The notes below the pieces were generated by a model, which did not search any database, was not told the origin of the DNA, and saw nothing but the letters and a program-made list of their open reading frames with translations. A stretch of 46,650 bases of DNA from a virus (lineage: Duplodnaviria; Caudoviricetes). The position numbers were made by a program, and so were the translations under genes. Positions 11,303 to 20,662 of this stretch are shown piece after piece. The stretch lies in IMG/VR virus record IMGVR_UViG_3300025429_000029, positions 1 through 46,650 of that record. One strand, 5' to 3'. How positions within the stretch are numbered: position 1 is the first letter of the stretch; every line of letters starts with the position of its first letter.

Positions 11303-11976
11303 AAAAACCAACACAAATTCAACCAATAAATAATAATAGTAATGGAAATAAAGAAATGAAGCAACCTAATGAAAATAGTGGTATTGCACTAAGTGGTCAT
11401 ATTAAAATTTATGATCCTAATAGTGGCGAAGTTTTTGTAAACAAGCGCAACGCTATCCATTATGAAAATTTTTCATTCGCACTTGCTCAAAGCATTAGTA
11501 ATGCAGGTCAAGGTTGGATTAGTGAAATGGCGTTTGGTAATGGCGGAACTAGTGTTGATCCAACAGGCGTTATTACATATTTGCCTACAAATACAACAGG
11601 CAGTAACAGCGCACTATACAATCAAACTTATTATAAAGTAGTTGATAATTACAGTAATTATAATACTGATCCTACACGCAACAACATTAGCATTCGCCAT
11701 ACAAGCGGCACGGTTTATAGTGATGTGTTTGTTACATGCACACTAGATTATGGTGAGCCTAGCGGACAACAAGCATTTGATAATAGCACTAACATTAATG
11801 ATGTTTTTGTGTTTGATGAATTAGGACTTAAAACTTGGAACGGCAGCACTGTTGATCAAGGTAATTTGTTAACACATGTTATTTTTCACCCGATTCAAAA
11901 AAGTCTGAATCGACTAATACAAATTGATTATACAATTCGTATTCAAACACTTACTAACTTAACTTCACAGGTATAA
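11299..11976 (+). CDS. Virion structural protein (tail/baseplate); true start may be ATG 11356
   Basis: 225-aa ORF with GHIKIYDP..KRNAIHYEN, FVFDELGL and LTHVIFHPIQKSLNR, motifs typical of large-phage structural modules; structural gene context. Confidence 0.7.
   Translation: MKKPTQIQPINNNSNGNKEMKQPNENSGIALSGHIKIYDPNSGEVFVNKRNAIHYENFSFALAQSISNAGQGWISEMAFGNGGTSVDPTGVITYLPTNTTGSNSALYNQTYYKVVDNYSNYNTDPTRNNISIRHTSGTVYSDVFVTCTLDYGEPSGQQAFDNSTNINDVFVFDELGLKTWNGSTVDQGNLLTHVIFHPIQKSLNRLIQIDYTIRIQTLTNLTSQV
11326..11332 (+). promoter_or_regulatory. Putative T4-like late promoter (ATAAATA)
   Basis: Lies ~25 nt upstream of an in-frame ATG at 11356; the same motif precedes other structural genes. Confidence 0.4.
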
Positions 11977-11978
11977 CT

Positions 11979-12920
11979 ATGACTTTTTATGTAAATTATA
12001 CAAATGGTGCAAATCTGACTGCTATAAGTGATGGTACTATTAATACCACTAGCACTAGCATAACACTTATTGGTAAGAATTTTCCTACATATGGTCAAAT
12101 ATTAAACCAAGATTTGGTTAGTATGCTTGAGAATTTTTCTAATAATAGCAGTCCAAATGCACCACTTGTAGGTCAAATATGGTACGATAGCGGAAATAAT
12201 GTATTAAAGTATTATCGCAGCGGCGCATCAAGCAATTATTGGCAAAATATAGCCAATATTCTTTATAGCAGCACTACACCTACAAGTCCGCAACAAAATG
12301 ATTTATGGTGGGACAGTGCTAACCAACAGTTAAAATATTATGATCAACTATCTTGGATTACTGTTGGTCCGCTTACGACTAATGATGGTTTAAATCGTGT
12401 TAGTGGAACTAATAGTTTTATAGTTCAAATTGGTGGTAATAACTTATTCACGATTGATCCATATGGTCGCGTAAATGCGCCTTATAATCCTGTAGTGCAA
12501 GGCTATGGTTTAAGTGGAAATGTTGCTTTTACTGGCAGCGGTTTAAGCAGTCCTGCTACAGTTGTGCCAGCAGTAACTACAATTAATATTGGCAATAATT
12601 TTAATACAACTACAGGCGTATTCACTTGTCCAACTGCTGGTGTTTATCAAGTTACTGCTACTGCTGTAAGTTTGGGTTATAATAGCACACCAGCACCATA
12701 TCAAAAAATAGAATGGTGGAAAAATTTCTCTACAACATATATTAGTTGCCGTGCTCAAAACCCATCAAGCATTACTAGTGAAAGTTTTGATACTCCTATG
12801 GTTGCGACTGGATATGTGCAGTGTAATGCTGGTGATTCGCTGCAAGCAATTATTGCTGCTGATGCAAATGGTCAAATTGACAACAACAACGCAACTCTGA
12901 GTATAAGATTAGTCTCGTAA
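11979..12920 (+). CDS. Tail fibre-like protein with C-terminal C1q-like domain
   Basis: N-terminal module GKNFPTYGQ..LENF..P..GQIWYD; C-terminal NIGNNFNTTTGVFTCPTAGVYQV matches the C1q signature. Confidence 0.7.
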   Translation: MTFYVNYTNGANLTAISDGTINTTSTSITLIGKNFPTYGQILNQDLVSMLENFSNNSSPNAPLVGQIWYDSGNNVLKYYRSGASSNYWQNIANILYSSTTPTSPQQNDLWWDSANQQLKYYDQLSWITVGPLTTNDGLNRVSGTNSFIVQIGGNNLFTIDPYGRVNAPYNPVVQGYGLSGNVAFTGSGLSSPATVVPAVTTINIGNNFNTTTGVFTCPTAGVYQVTATAVSLGYNSTPAPYQKIEWWKNFSTTYISCRAQNPSSITSESFDTPMVATGYVQCNAGDSLQAIIAADANGQIDNNNATLSIRLVS

Positions 12921-12940
12921 CCCATAAATATTAATGGGTT
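12919..12940 (+). promoter_or_regulatory. Late promoter ATAAATA (12924-12930) inside a 7-bp inverted repeat
   Basis: AACCCAT-aaatatta-ATGGGTT, followed by AGGA and the ATG at 12947. Confidence 0.55.
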
Positions 12941-12946
12941 TAGGAC

Positions 12947-14491
12947 ATGACATATCAGGTAAAGAATTTTTCTCAAAGTGTTACATATAACGTAGCAGAT
13001 GGTGTTGCTAATACCAATGCTATAAGTGTAACTTTTCTTGGTAAGTCTGAAACAAATTATGGAACTTATCTTAACCAGAATTTTTTATGGTTAGTTGAAA
13101 ATTTTAGCAGTCCATATAATAGTCCGCCACAATTGGCTGTTCAAGGGCAGTTATGGTGGGATAACACATATAAATTTTTAAATGTATATGATGGAATTAA
13201 CTGGAATACCGTATACGGTAACTTGTCTAGTTTAAATGTAAATTCTAACATAACAGCAAGTGGCATTAATACTACTACAATAAACGCAAATATCCTAAAT
13301 GCCAATTCAGTTTATGCATCTACCATAGGCAATAGTGGTGCTAAACTAGTAGGAACTATTACAACAAATGCACAACCTTATATTACAAGTGTTGGTGTTC
13401 TAGGTGGTTTAACTAGCAGCGGCACGATTAATGCAAACCAACTACAAGCAGGTGTAATAGGTAATAGCGGTGCGCTGCTTACAGGAACATTAACTACTGC
13501 TGCTCAACCAAATATTACAAGTGTTGGAACATTAACTTCTCTTATAACTAGTGGAGTAATTAACTCTACTAATAACAATATAGTTGCAGGTTCAGGAAAT
13601 GTTTATGGCGCATATAGTGTAGCAAATACAGGTTTTGTAGGGTTGGTCTTAACAAACACGCAACCTTATATTACAACGCTTACTAGTTTGACAACAAGTG
13701 GCATTATTAATTCTTCAAATAACACGATTACTGCTGGTTCAGGAAATGTTTATGGTGCTTATCATATAGCAAACAGCGGCATGGTAGGTTTAGTTACAAC
13801 TAACTCACAGCCATATATTACAACAATAGGAACCTTAACCAGTTTAACAGTAAGTGGTGCTGCTAGTGTAGGTAATGTTATAACAACTAATGGTGTATTT
13901 TACCCTAACGGATTGGCGTTTACTACTAGCAGCGGTGGCACAACATATAGCAACGCCAACGTTGCGTCATATTTGCCTACGTATACAGGAACGTTTGGCA
14001 CACTTAGTGGCATTACAACTAGTGGTGCTGTTGTTCCTAGTTCAAATACAAGTGTAAACTTAGGTTCTGCAAGCAATTATTGGAATAATGTTTATGCAGT
14101 TAATTTTCTTGGCACGTCAACTACTGCAAAATATGCCGACTTGGCCGAAAAATATTTGCCTGATGACAATTATGAGGTTGGCACAGTTATGATGATCGGC
14201 GGTAGCAAAGAAATCACACAACATGATGGTCGCAAGGTTCGTGCGCTTGGCGTAATTAGTAAATACCCTGCATACATGATGAATAGTGAACAAGAAAACG
14301 GAGTATATGTAGCACTTAAAGGTCGTGTGCCTGTTAGAGTGATTGGTCCTGTTGCAAAAGGTCAAGCACTTATTGGAACGGCACATGGTTTAGCGATTGC
14401 ACAAACCGATGATACTCAGTGGATGTTTGGTATTTCATTAGAAGACTATAACGAAAATACAATTAAGTTAATAGAGGCTGTAATTTTATAA
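12947..14491 (+). CDS. Tail fibre protein with C-terminal intramolecular-chaperone (peptidase G2/IMC-like) domain
   Basis: Shared N-terminal module, four (A/T/S)QP(Y/N)IT(S/T) shaft repeats, and C-terminal [21 protein letters not shown]. Confidence 0.75.
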   Translation: MTYQVKNFSQSVTYNVADGVANTNAISVTFLGKSETNYGTYLNQNFLWLVENFSSPYNSPPQLAVQGQLWWDNTYKFLNVYDGINWNTVYGNLSSLNVNSNITASGINTTTINANILNANSVYASTIGNSGAKLVGTITTNAQPYITSVGVLGGLTSSGTINANQLQAGVIGNSGALLTGTLTTAAQPNITSVGTLTSLITSGVINSTNNNIVAGSGNVYGAYSVANTGFVGLVLTNTQPYITTLTSLTTSGIINSSNNTITAGSGNVYGAYHIANSGMVGLVTTNSQPYITTIGTLTSLTVSGAASVGNVITTNGVFYPNGLAFTTSSGGTTYSNANVASYLPTYTGTFGTLSGITTSGAVVPSSNTSVNLGSASNYWNNVYAVNFLGTSTTAKYADLAEKYLPDDNYEVGTVMMIGGSKEITQHDGRKVRALGVISKYPAYMMNSEQENGVYVALKGRVPVRVIGPVAKGQALIGTAHGLAIAQTDDTQWMFGISLEDYNENTIKLIEAVIL

Positions 14492-15789
14492 TGCGTACTT
14501 TATTTTTATCATCACGAATTAATGCTGGTAGCGTTACATTTAATTCAAGCACAAACTTTACTGCACCTTTTGGTGTTCGTCGTGTTACATTTAGTGGTTA
14601 TGGCGGCAACGGTGGTAATGGTGGTGCTGGCGGTAATGGTGGCTATGGTGGTCAAGGCGGCACTGGATTCAGCGGTAATGCTGGCAATAACGGAACAGGC
14701 GGTGCAGGCGGTGCAGGCGGTGTAGGTGGCAATGGCGGTCTTGGTGGCAATCAAGCAAATGGCGGCGGTAACTGTACATCACCAGGCACAGGCGGCACAG
14801 GCGGCACACCAGGCGGTCAATCTGGTTTTAATGGTAATAAAGGTCGTGGTTGTGGTGGTCCTAGTGGCGGTAGTGGCGGTATTGGTTGCGGAACTACAGG
14901 CGGCAGTGGTGGTTCACCAAACAATAACGCACCAAATAGTTGCGGTGGTTATACTACAAGCACAGGTGGTAGTGGTGGCGGCGGTGGCTATGGTAGAGCA
15001 GGCACGCCAGGTAATAGTGGTAACAGCGGTGCTGCTGGCAACAGTGGCGCAAGTGGTAACAGCGGTACAAATGGCGGTAATGCTGGCAGTGGAAATTATG
15101 GTAATAGTGGAAATGCAACACGTTTTGATGTATTAGCAACATTTTCTGGTGGAAGTGGCGGCGCAGGCGGTAACGGCGGAACTGGTGGCAGTGGCGGTAG
15201 CGGTGGCGGCGGCGGCAGTGGTGGCGCAGCAGGTAATGCTGGTGGTAGCGGTAACGTAGGTGGCACTGGCGGCGCAGGCGGCGGTGGCGGTGGAGGAGGC
15301 GGCAGCGATTGGCGTGACCGCAATCTTACAAACCCAAATGCTGGTAATGCGGGCAGTGGCGGCGCAAATCCTGGTAATGGTGGTGCTGCTGGTATAGCAA
15401 ATGCGCCTAGTAACAGTGCTGGTGGTAGCGGTAATGCTGGTGGAACTGGCGGTAGTGGTAATAGTGGTAATAATGGAACTGGTGCAAGCAACGGCGGCGG
15501 TGGATCAAATGGTTCAAATGGTAGTGCAGGTAATAGTGGCAACGCTGGCGCTAGTGCGGTGGTAAATAATACTACAAATGCTAATGGAATTTTAGTGCCA
15601 TTTACTACATATACTGTTACTGTTGGTAATGGTGGAAATGGTGGAACTGGTGGTAGTGCAGGCAGCGGCGGAAGCGGCGGCACAGGCGCATCTAGTGGTT
15701 CTACAGGCAGTAGTGGTAATGCAGGTTCTAGTGGTAACTCTGGTAATTCAGGAAGAATTATTGTTTCTTGGCCAAATCAGGGTTTTTAA
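14491..15789 (+). CDS. Glycine-rich (GGX repeat) adhesin-like virion protein
   Basis: Long [12 protein letters not shown] tracts framed by [24 protein letters not shown] and GRIIVSW, a layout typical of phage glycine-rich domains. Confidence 0.75.
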   Translation: MRTLFLSSRINAGSVTFNSSTNFTAPFGVRRVTFSGYGGNGGNGGAGGNGGYGGQGGTGFSGNAGNNGTGGAGGAGGVGGNGGLGGNQANGGGNCTSPGTGGTGGTPGGQSGFNGNKGRGCGGPSGGSGGIGCGTTGGSGGSPNNNAPNSCGGYTTSTGGSGGGGGYGRAGTPGNSGNSGAAGNSGASGNSGTNGGNAGSGNYGNSGNATRFDVLATFSGGSGGAGGNGGTGGSGGSGGGGGSGGAAGNAGGSGNVGGTGGAGGGGGGGGGSDWRDRNLTNPNAGNAGSGGANPGNGGAAGIANAPSNSAGGSGNAGGTGGSGNSGNNGTGASNGGGGSNGSNGSAGNSGNAGASAVVNNTTNANGILVPFTTYTVTVGNGGNGGTGGSAGSGGSGGTGASSGSTGSSGNAGSSGNSGNSGRIIVSWPNQGF

Positions 15790-15801
15790 TGGAGTTAAAA
15801 A

Positions 15802-16110
15802 ATGAGTGTAATTAAAATTAAAGATATTTGTTTGTGCACAGGTTTGGTAAAAGATAATAATGAAAACCGCACAGCATATGATTATCTTACAGCAAATGAT
15901 GTAGATTTTAAGCATCTTGCTTATTGGGATGTTTCACAACATGATGGTGTATGGGCTAGTTTACAAACTTGGGTCCATGACAAAGAAATTAATACTTTTC
16001 CAATTCTGCACTATCATGCAATTGATGACCAATATAATACAACTGGTGTTGTGCTAGTAGGACTAGACGAAATTATGAACAGCGATATCGTAAACCTAAG
16101 TAAACTATAA
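15802..16110 (+). CDS. Hypothetical protein, possibly glutaredoxin-like fold
   Basis: 102 aa with a GGAG RBS; the pattern AYDYL...FPIL...LVGLDEI resembles glutaredoxins, but there is no CxxC. Confidence 0.5.
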   Translation: MSVIKIKDICLCTGLVKDNNENRTAYDYLTANDVDFKHLAYWDVSQHDGVWASLQTWVHDKEINTFPILHYHAIDDQYNTTGVVLVGLDEIMNSDIVNLSKL

Positions 16111-16127
16111 GTTTCTTAGGTTTATTG

Positions 16128-16847
16128 ATGTTAAAATCATTTTTTGGTCGTAACAATCAGATACGTTTTAGTTGCGAGATTGAACACTGGGATATAATCC
16201 CCAAACCTTATCTTAGCAAAAAATATATTCCTGATTGGTTTAAGTCGCTACCTATGCGTGTTGATAACTTAGAAAAGTTAAACAATAGCACAGTAAAACG
16301 ATGTGTGCCTTTTTTAGATGCTATGAGTATAGGATATATTATACCATTAGCAGCCGATGTAGAGATTACGACCAATAGCGATGCCACTGGTATATCTTGG
16401 AATAGCAAATATTTTTCTCCAATTATCGAGACACATGGCAAACAACAGATTACAAGTGAACGTAATCCACATCCAAAAGAACATTTGCCACCACTTAAGT
16501 TTATGAATTATTGGAAAATTCAAACACCACCAGGTTGGAGCACGCTTTTTATTTCTCCTATTAATAGGCAAGATACCAGATTTGAGTGTTTGGGTGGATT
16601 AGTTGATACAGACAAATATACTAATTTTATAAACTTTCCTTTTATGTTTACACAACCTAATTTTACAGGAATTATTATAGCAGGCACGCCTTTAGTCCAA
16701 GCAATACCTATAAAGCGTGATACTTTACTTAATACTAGTGTTGTAGAAGAATTTTCTGAAAAAGATTATATAAGTGTAGATCGTATGAAGAAAAAATTAC
16801 AAGCACACGAAAGTTATTATCGTGATTATTTGGTAGAGAAAAAATAA
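16128..16847 (+). CDS. Conserved phage protein (DUF6065-like)
   Basis: IPDWFK, TVKRCVPFLDAM, W.IQTPPGWSTLF, GLVDTDKY and GTPLVQAIP motifs; ATG at 16128 follows the TTG at 16125. Confidence 0.65.
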   Translation: MLKSFFGRNNQIRFSCEIEHWDIIPKPYLSKKYIPDWFKSLPMRVDNLEKLNNSTVKRCVPFLDAMSIGYIIPLAADVEITTNSDATGISWNSKYFSPIIETHGKQQITSERNPHPKEHLPPLKFMNYWKIQTPPGWSTLFISPINRQDTRFECLGGLVDTDKYTNFINFPFMFTQPNFTGIIIAGTPLVQAIPIKRDTLLNTSVVEEFSEKDYISVDRMKKKLQAHESYYRDYLVEKK

Positions 16848-17464
16848 TGGAACCTTGGATATATTTTGGCACACCTGTTTATAGTTTTTTAATGCCTGAA
16901 TATCTTGATTCAGCGCGTGATGTTTGCAAAACTTACCTTGACAAATTAAAAAATGAAGTAGCATTAGATGAAATTTATCCTATGTATCAAACTGTTTCAT
17001 TTGATACAGAACCTTCAATTAGTGTGCTAACAACAGAAATAAAAAAAGCATCTTATACTATTTTAGAAAACCAAGGTTATGATTTATCAAATTACGAATT
17101 GTTTTATACAGAATTTTGGTGTCAAGAACATCATAAAACAAGCGGACAAGAGCGTCATGTTCATGGCTATAATAATGTGTTAACTGGGTTTTACTTTATA
17201 GAAACACCAGAAAATTGCAGCAGATTGGTTATTCATGAACCAAAAACTGCTAAAGAGTTTGGTAATTTTTTACCAGAAAAAAATCCAAATCAAGTAAGTC
17301 TAGCTAGTCAAACAATAAATTTTGTTCCTGAACCTGGCCAACTTATTATAACCAATAGTTGGTTGCATCATACCTTTACTAGAAACGAGAATAATACGCC
17401 ATTTACTATGATACATTTTAATATTGGTGCTGCTTATAAACCAAGGAATGCAGAAATAGTATGA
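16847..17464 (+). CDS. Putative 2OG-Fe(II) oxygenase
   Basis: HVH metal motif, LTGFYFI, PEPGQLIITNSWLHH and IHFN form the double-stranded beta-helix oxygenase pattern. Confidence 0.75.
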   Translation: MEPWIYFGTPVYSFLMPEYLDSARDVCKTYLDKLKNEVALDEIYPMYQTVSFDTEPSISVLTTEIKKASYTILENQGYDLSNYELFYTEFWCQEHHKTSGQERHVHGYNNVLTGFYFIETPENCSRLVIHEPKTAKEFGNFLPEKNPNQVSLASQTINFVPEPGQLIITNSWLHHTFTRNENNTPFTMIHFNIGAAYKPRNAEIV

Positions 17465-17691
17465 ACAAATATCACATACGTTTCAATAAAAGTCGTGGTC
17501 AAGAAGGTCGTGGAACTCTTGAGCATGTTTGGCGTGTATTTGAAAATGGCAAAGAATTTTTAGTTAAACATGTTCAAATAAATGTTCCTTGCTATGATGA
17601 AACAGATGGCGAAGATTGGAATATATGTTGTCATGGTATTATGACAATTGATAAAGATAGCAGCACAGCCATAATAACAGACTCTCTTTAA
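17461..17691 (+). CDS. Hypothetical protein
   Basis: 76 aa with a 4-bp overlap with the upstream gene; IRFNKSRG..HVWRVFENG. Confidence 0.7.
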   Translation: MNKYHIRFNKSRGQEGRGTLEHVWRVFENGKEFLVKHVQINVPCYDETDGEDWNICCHGIMTIDKDSSTAIITDSL

Positions 17692-17709
17692 TCAACGACT
17701 AAGTTTTAC

Positions 17710-17716
17710 ATAAATA
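17710..17716 (+). promoter_or_regulatory. Putative late promoter (ATAAATA)
   Basis: Intergenic, upstream of an AGGTG RBS and the ATG at 17738. Confidence 0.55.
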
Positions 17717-17737
17717 AAGTAAATCAGGTGTTTATTC

Positions 17738-18946
17738 ATGTCATACACAATAAGTTTGGTAAACCAGTCACCTATAACTATTCAGAATGGTGCAACAGAT
17801 AATACGACTAGTCTAACTTTAGTTGGAAAAAACTATCCAAACTACGGTCAGTTATTACAGCAAGATTTAGTCAATATGTTGCAAAGTTGGGCTGGCGCTA
17901 CTCAACCTGTAAGCGCAGTAACAGGTCAACTTTGGTTTAATACAAGCACAAATTCTTTGTCAATTTATACTGGAACTGGGTTTAAAAAGGTAAACTCTAG
18001 CACAGTAAGCACAACTCAACCAAGCATATCAGTTACACAAGGTGATTTTTGGTACAAGAGCGATGACCAACAGTTTTACATTTATACTGGTGCTACTTGG
18101 CTACTAATTGGGCCTAGTTATACAAGTTCACAACAGCAAACTAATGCAATCGCGCTTTCTATTCAAGACAATACAGCAGCAACGCATACTGTGTTGGCTT
18201 TTTATGTAGGTAACTTTTTAACTGGTATCATAAGCAAAGACCCTACATTTACACCAGCAACATCAATTACTGGTTTCAGCACAATTAATCCAGGTTATAA
18301 TATTAACACTACTATTTTTACTGGTGCAGTTCCACTCAGCGGTCAATTAGTTACAAACGCACAGCCTTATGTTACAAGTTTAGGAACTCTTACTGGTTTA
18401 ACAGTATCAACTCCTATTGTTGGTAGCGTGCTGTATAATGCAAATACAGTTACATATGCTAACCAACCAAATATCACAAGTGTTGGTACTCTAACAAGTT
18501 TAACAAGCAGCGGAACAATTACGGCTAATGCTTTTAGCGGACCATTAAATGGCACTGTTGGTGCTACTTCCCCAACTGTTGGAACATTTACAACAGCAAC
18601 AGTTGCACGTGTTGTTGAAGCAGTTGTTACACTAGGAAGTGTTGGTAATAGCGCAACAATTGATTGGAGTGTTGGTGATGTCCAAACTTTAACTTTGACA
18701 AGCAACTGCTCACTTTCATTTTCTAATCCTCCTAGTAGCGGTAAATCACAAAGTCTTACACTTGTAGTAAGTCAAGATAGCACTGGTGGCAGATTATTAT
18801 CTTATCCTGCAAGTGTTCGTTGGAGTTATGCTCAAGCACCTGTGCTTACACCAAATCCTACTTACCGTGATGTAATATCTTTTATTACATATGATGGTGG
18901 CAGCACTTATCTTGGTGCATATAGTATGGCAAACGTAGCACCATAA
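17738..18946 (+). CDS. Tail fibre-like protein
   Basis: Shared N-terminal module [28 protein letters not shown] repeats, and a distinct C-terminal domain (QDSTGGR..W..DVISF.TYDGG). Confidence 0.75.
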   Translation: MSYTISLVNQSPITIQNGATDNTTSLTLVGKNYPNYGQLLQQDLVNMLQSWAGATQPVSAVTGQLWFNTSTNSLSIYTGTGFKKVNSSTVSTTQPSISVTQGDFWYKSDDQQFYIYTGATWLLIGPSYTSSQQQTNAIALSIQDNTAATHTVLAFYVGNFLTGIISKDPTFTPATSITGFSTINPGYNINTTIFTGAVPLSGQLVTNAQPYVTSLGTLTGLTVSTPIVGSVLYNANTVTYANQPNITSVGTLTSLTSSGTITANAFSGPLNGTVGATSPTVGTFTTATVARVVEAVVTLGSVGNSATIDWSVGDVQTLTLTSNCSLSFSNPPSSGKSQSLTLVVSQDSTGGRLLSYPASVRWSYAQAPVLTPNPTYRDVISFITYDGGSTYLGAYSMANVAP

Positions 18947-18955
18947 GGAGAAAAT

Positions 18956-19351
18956 ATGTCCACAGTAGCATTCGCAAATTATACAGAAGATAGTTATAGC
19001 ACAAATTTACTAGTTGTTATTGACGGAGAACAGGCTGGTATAAATCTTTCATCCGTATCACATGATCCTCGTGTTATTGGTGTTACTACCGACCTTACAA
19101 ACGCAGAAATAGTTTGTGCTGAGTTTGGTAATGATGGCACACTTCCTATGATTGCTATTGCTGGTAAGATTCAGTTACAAGTTCAAGGTCCAATAGGTCG
19201 TGGTGATTGTATTGTAACAAGCGATCAACCTGGTATTGGACAAAAATTAGACCCAAAGAAGTGGGTTCCTGGCTGTATTATTGGTAAAACTATGGAACCA
19301 ATTGAAGATGACAGCACACAGTTAATTACAGTGGTTTTAGGCGCACACTAA
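18956..19351 (+). CDS. Stand-alone IMC/peptidase G2-like domain protein
   Basis: RVIGVTT, IAIAGKIQLQVQGPIGRGDCIVTS and IIGKTME align by eye with the C-terminus of 12947-14491; strong AAGGAG RBS. Confidence 0.65.
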   Translation: MSTVAFANYTEDSYSTNLLVVIDGEQAGINLSSVSHDPRVIGVTTDLTNAEIVCAEFGNDGTLPMIAIAGKIQLQVQGPIGRGDCIVTSDQPGIGQKLDPKKWVPGCIIGKTMEPIEDDSTQLITVVLGAH

Positions 19352-19354
19352 ATA
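19348..19354 (+). promoter_or_regulatory. Putative late promoter (CTAAATA)
   Basis: Overlaps the upstream stop codon, 15 nt before the ATG at 19370. Confidence 0.45.
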
Positions 19355-19369
19355 ATTGTGGGAAAATAG

Positions 19370-20284
19370 ATGGCGTACTCAAGTGGCGGTTTAATACAAG
19401 CAAGCGATTTTAACACTCGTGTTGGTAGCGTAAACCAGCTATGGGGAACTGGCAGTGGTCAGTATGGTTATGGTCAATCTTCCACTGTTGCAACAAATAG
19501 TAGGGGTTCAGTTGTGCCAGCAAGCGATTGGGCTACACTAATTGCTCGTATAGGCACAATGCAACAACATCAGTTTAATAATACAAGTGGTGTGCCTTCA
19601 CAACCAAGCAGTGGTGGTATTATCACATATTTGAGTAGTGTTGACACGGCAATTACAAATTTACAAAATAATCGTTTTAACAATTATACTACATCAAGTG
19701 CACTTGGAGTAACCACAACAAATAACACTAATAGTTGGAATTCAAGTGTAACAAAAACTTGGACAGTTACATTTTCAAGTGGTGATGCTGCACGTTATTT
19801 TTTTAACACTGGTGGATATATCCAAATTGTATCACAAAGTAATTCAATTAATGAATCACAATGGAATAGTTTTGTAAACACAGGTTTTTCATTTATTAAT
19901 TTGTTTGCCACTACATTAACTCATGGTGGAACAGTAGGGAGTTTAACTAGAAACGTTTTTCTTTCTAATCAAGGTTATTTTAATTTAACAACAACACCAA
20001 CGACTTATATCAGTTTACTTGACACTGGAACTGGCAATACTGCATACAATAGTAACCAAGTATATGTTAATCTAAGTAGTAACGGAACACAAGGTGGAAA
20101 CAGTGACGCTGGAAGTGTAATTACAATTAGTTTAGTATTTGTTAATAATGATTCAAACTCTTTCCAATTGCCACTTACTGGAACAACTACAGGTACCATT
20201 CAGTTTTATCAGAGTGAAACAACATACATCTCAAATACTTGGGGAACTCCAACTGTTGCTAACACTGTCAATACACAATCATAA
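19370..20284 (+). CDS. Virion structural protein
   Basis: Ser/Thr/Asn-rich; MAYSSGGLIQASDFN, GYGQ and ARYFFNTGG motifs; last gene of the structural module. Confidence 0.65.
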   Translation: MAYSSGGLIQASDFNTRVGSVNQLWGTGSGQYGYGQSSTVATNSRGSVVPASDWATLIARIGTMQQHQFNNTSGVPSQPSSGGIITYLSSVDTAITNLQNNRFNNYTTSSALGVTTTNNTNSWNSSVTKTWTVTFSSGDAARYFFNTGGYIQIVSQSNSINESQWNSFVNTGFSFINLFATTLTHGGTVGSLTRNVFLSNQGYFNLTTTPTTYISLLDTGTGNTAYNSNQVYVNLSSNGTQGGNSDAGSVITISLVFVNNDSNSFQLPLTGTTTGTIQFYQSETTYISNTWGTPTVANTVNTQS

Positions 20285-20285
20285 T

Positions 20286-20314
20286 TTGACATCTCCTTTA
20301 GTATTTGATAAAAT
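20286..20314 (+). promoter_or_regulatory. Sigma70-type promoter, probably giving a leaderless mRNA
   Basis: TTGACA (20286-91), 17 bp, then TGa-TAAAAT (20309-14); ATG at 20321 with no SD. Confidence 0.65.
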
Positions 20315-20320
20315 AACACT

Positions 20321-20662
20321 ATGACTCCAGAAGAACTGCGTGAACGGGCTATTGAAGCCTATAATCGTGATTTAGCAAAACAGAATATTCTAACTGCCAT
20401 GGAATCACGCATGACAGTAAATTATAATGATGGCGTATTCATCGTAACTCAAGAACTTATTGCTTTCTTACATTCATGGTTTGGACCAAATTGGAAAGAT
20501 TGGGATGGTATAATCTATATGATGGATGCCTATGATGTTCCAGTTAAAGTTATTCCACATGAATTGTTATATATTTGTCAGCGCCGTTGGTGGGAAGTCA
20601 TGAACGAGTTTGCCGCAGAATACGAAGAGTTTACAAAGATTCGTAATGCCAAACAACTCTAA
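20321..20662 (+). CDS. Hypothetical protein, first gene of the modification cluster
   Basis: 113-aa ORF directly downstream of the promoter. Confidence 0.75.
   Translation: MTPEELRERAIEAYNRDLAKQNILTAMESRMTVNYNDGVFIVTQELIAFLHSWFGPNWKDWDGIIYMMDAYDVPVKVIPHELLYICQRRWWEVMNEFAAEYEEFTKIRNAKQL

Noticed and set aside
15096-15683. 195-aa Pro-rich ORF on the - strand (and Val/Ala-rich off-frame ORFs at 14522-15136)
   Set aside because: Shadows of the GGN codon repeats in the Gly-rich gene; no RBS or independent signal.
14491-15789. Gly-rich protein as a RiPP precursor for the radical SAM enzymes, or as a mycobacterial PE-PGRS protein
   Set aside because: No leader peptide, RRE domain, protease or transporter is seen, and there is no PE domain; the framing motifs fit phage glycine-rich domains.
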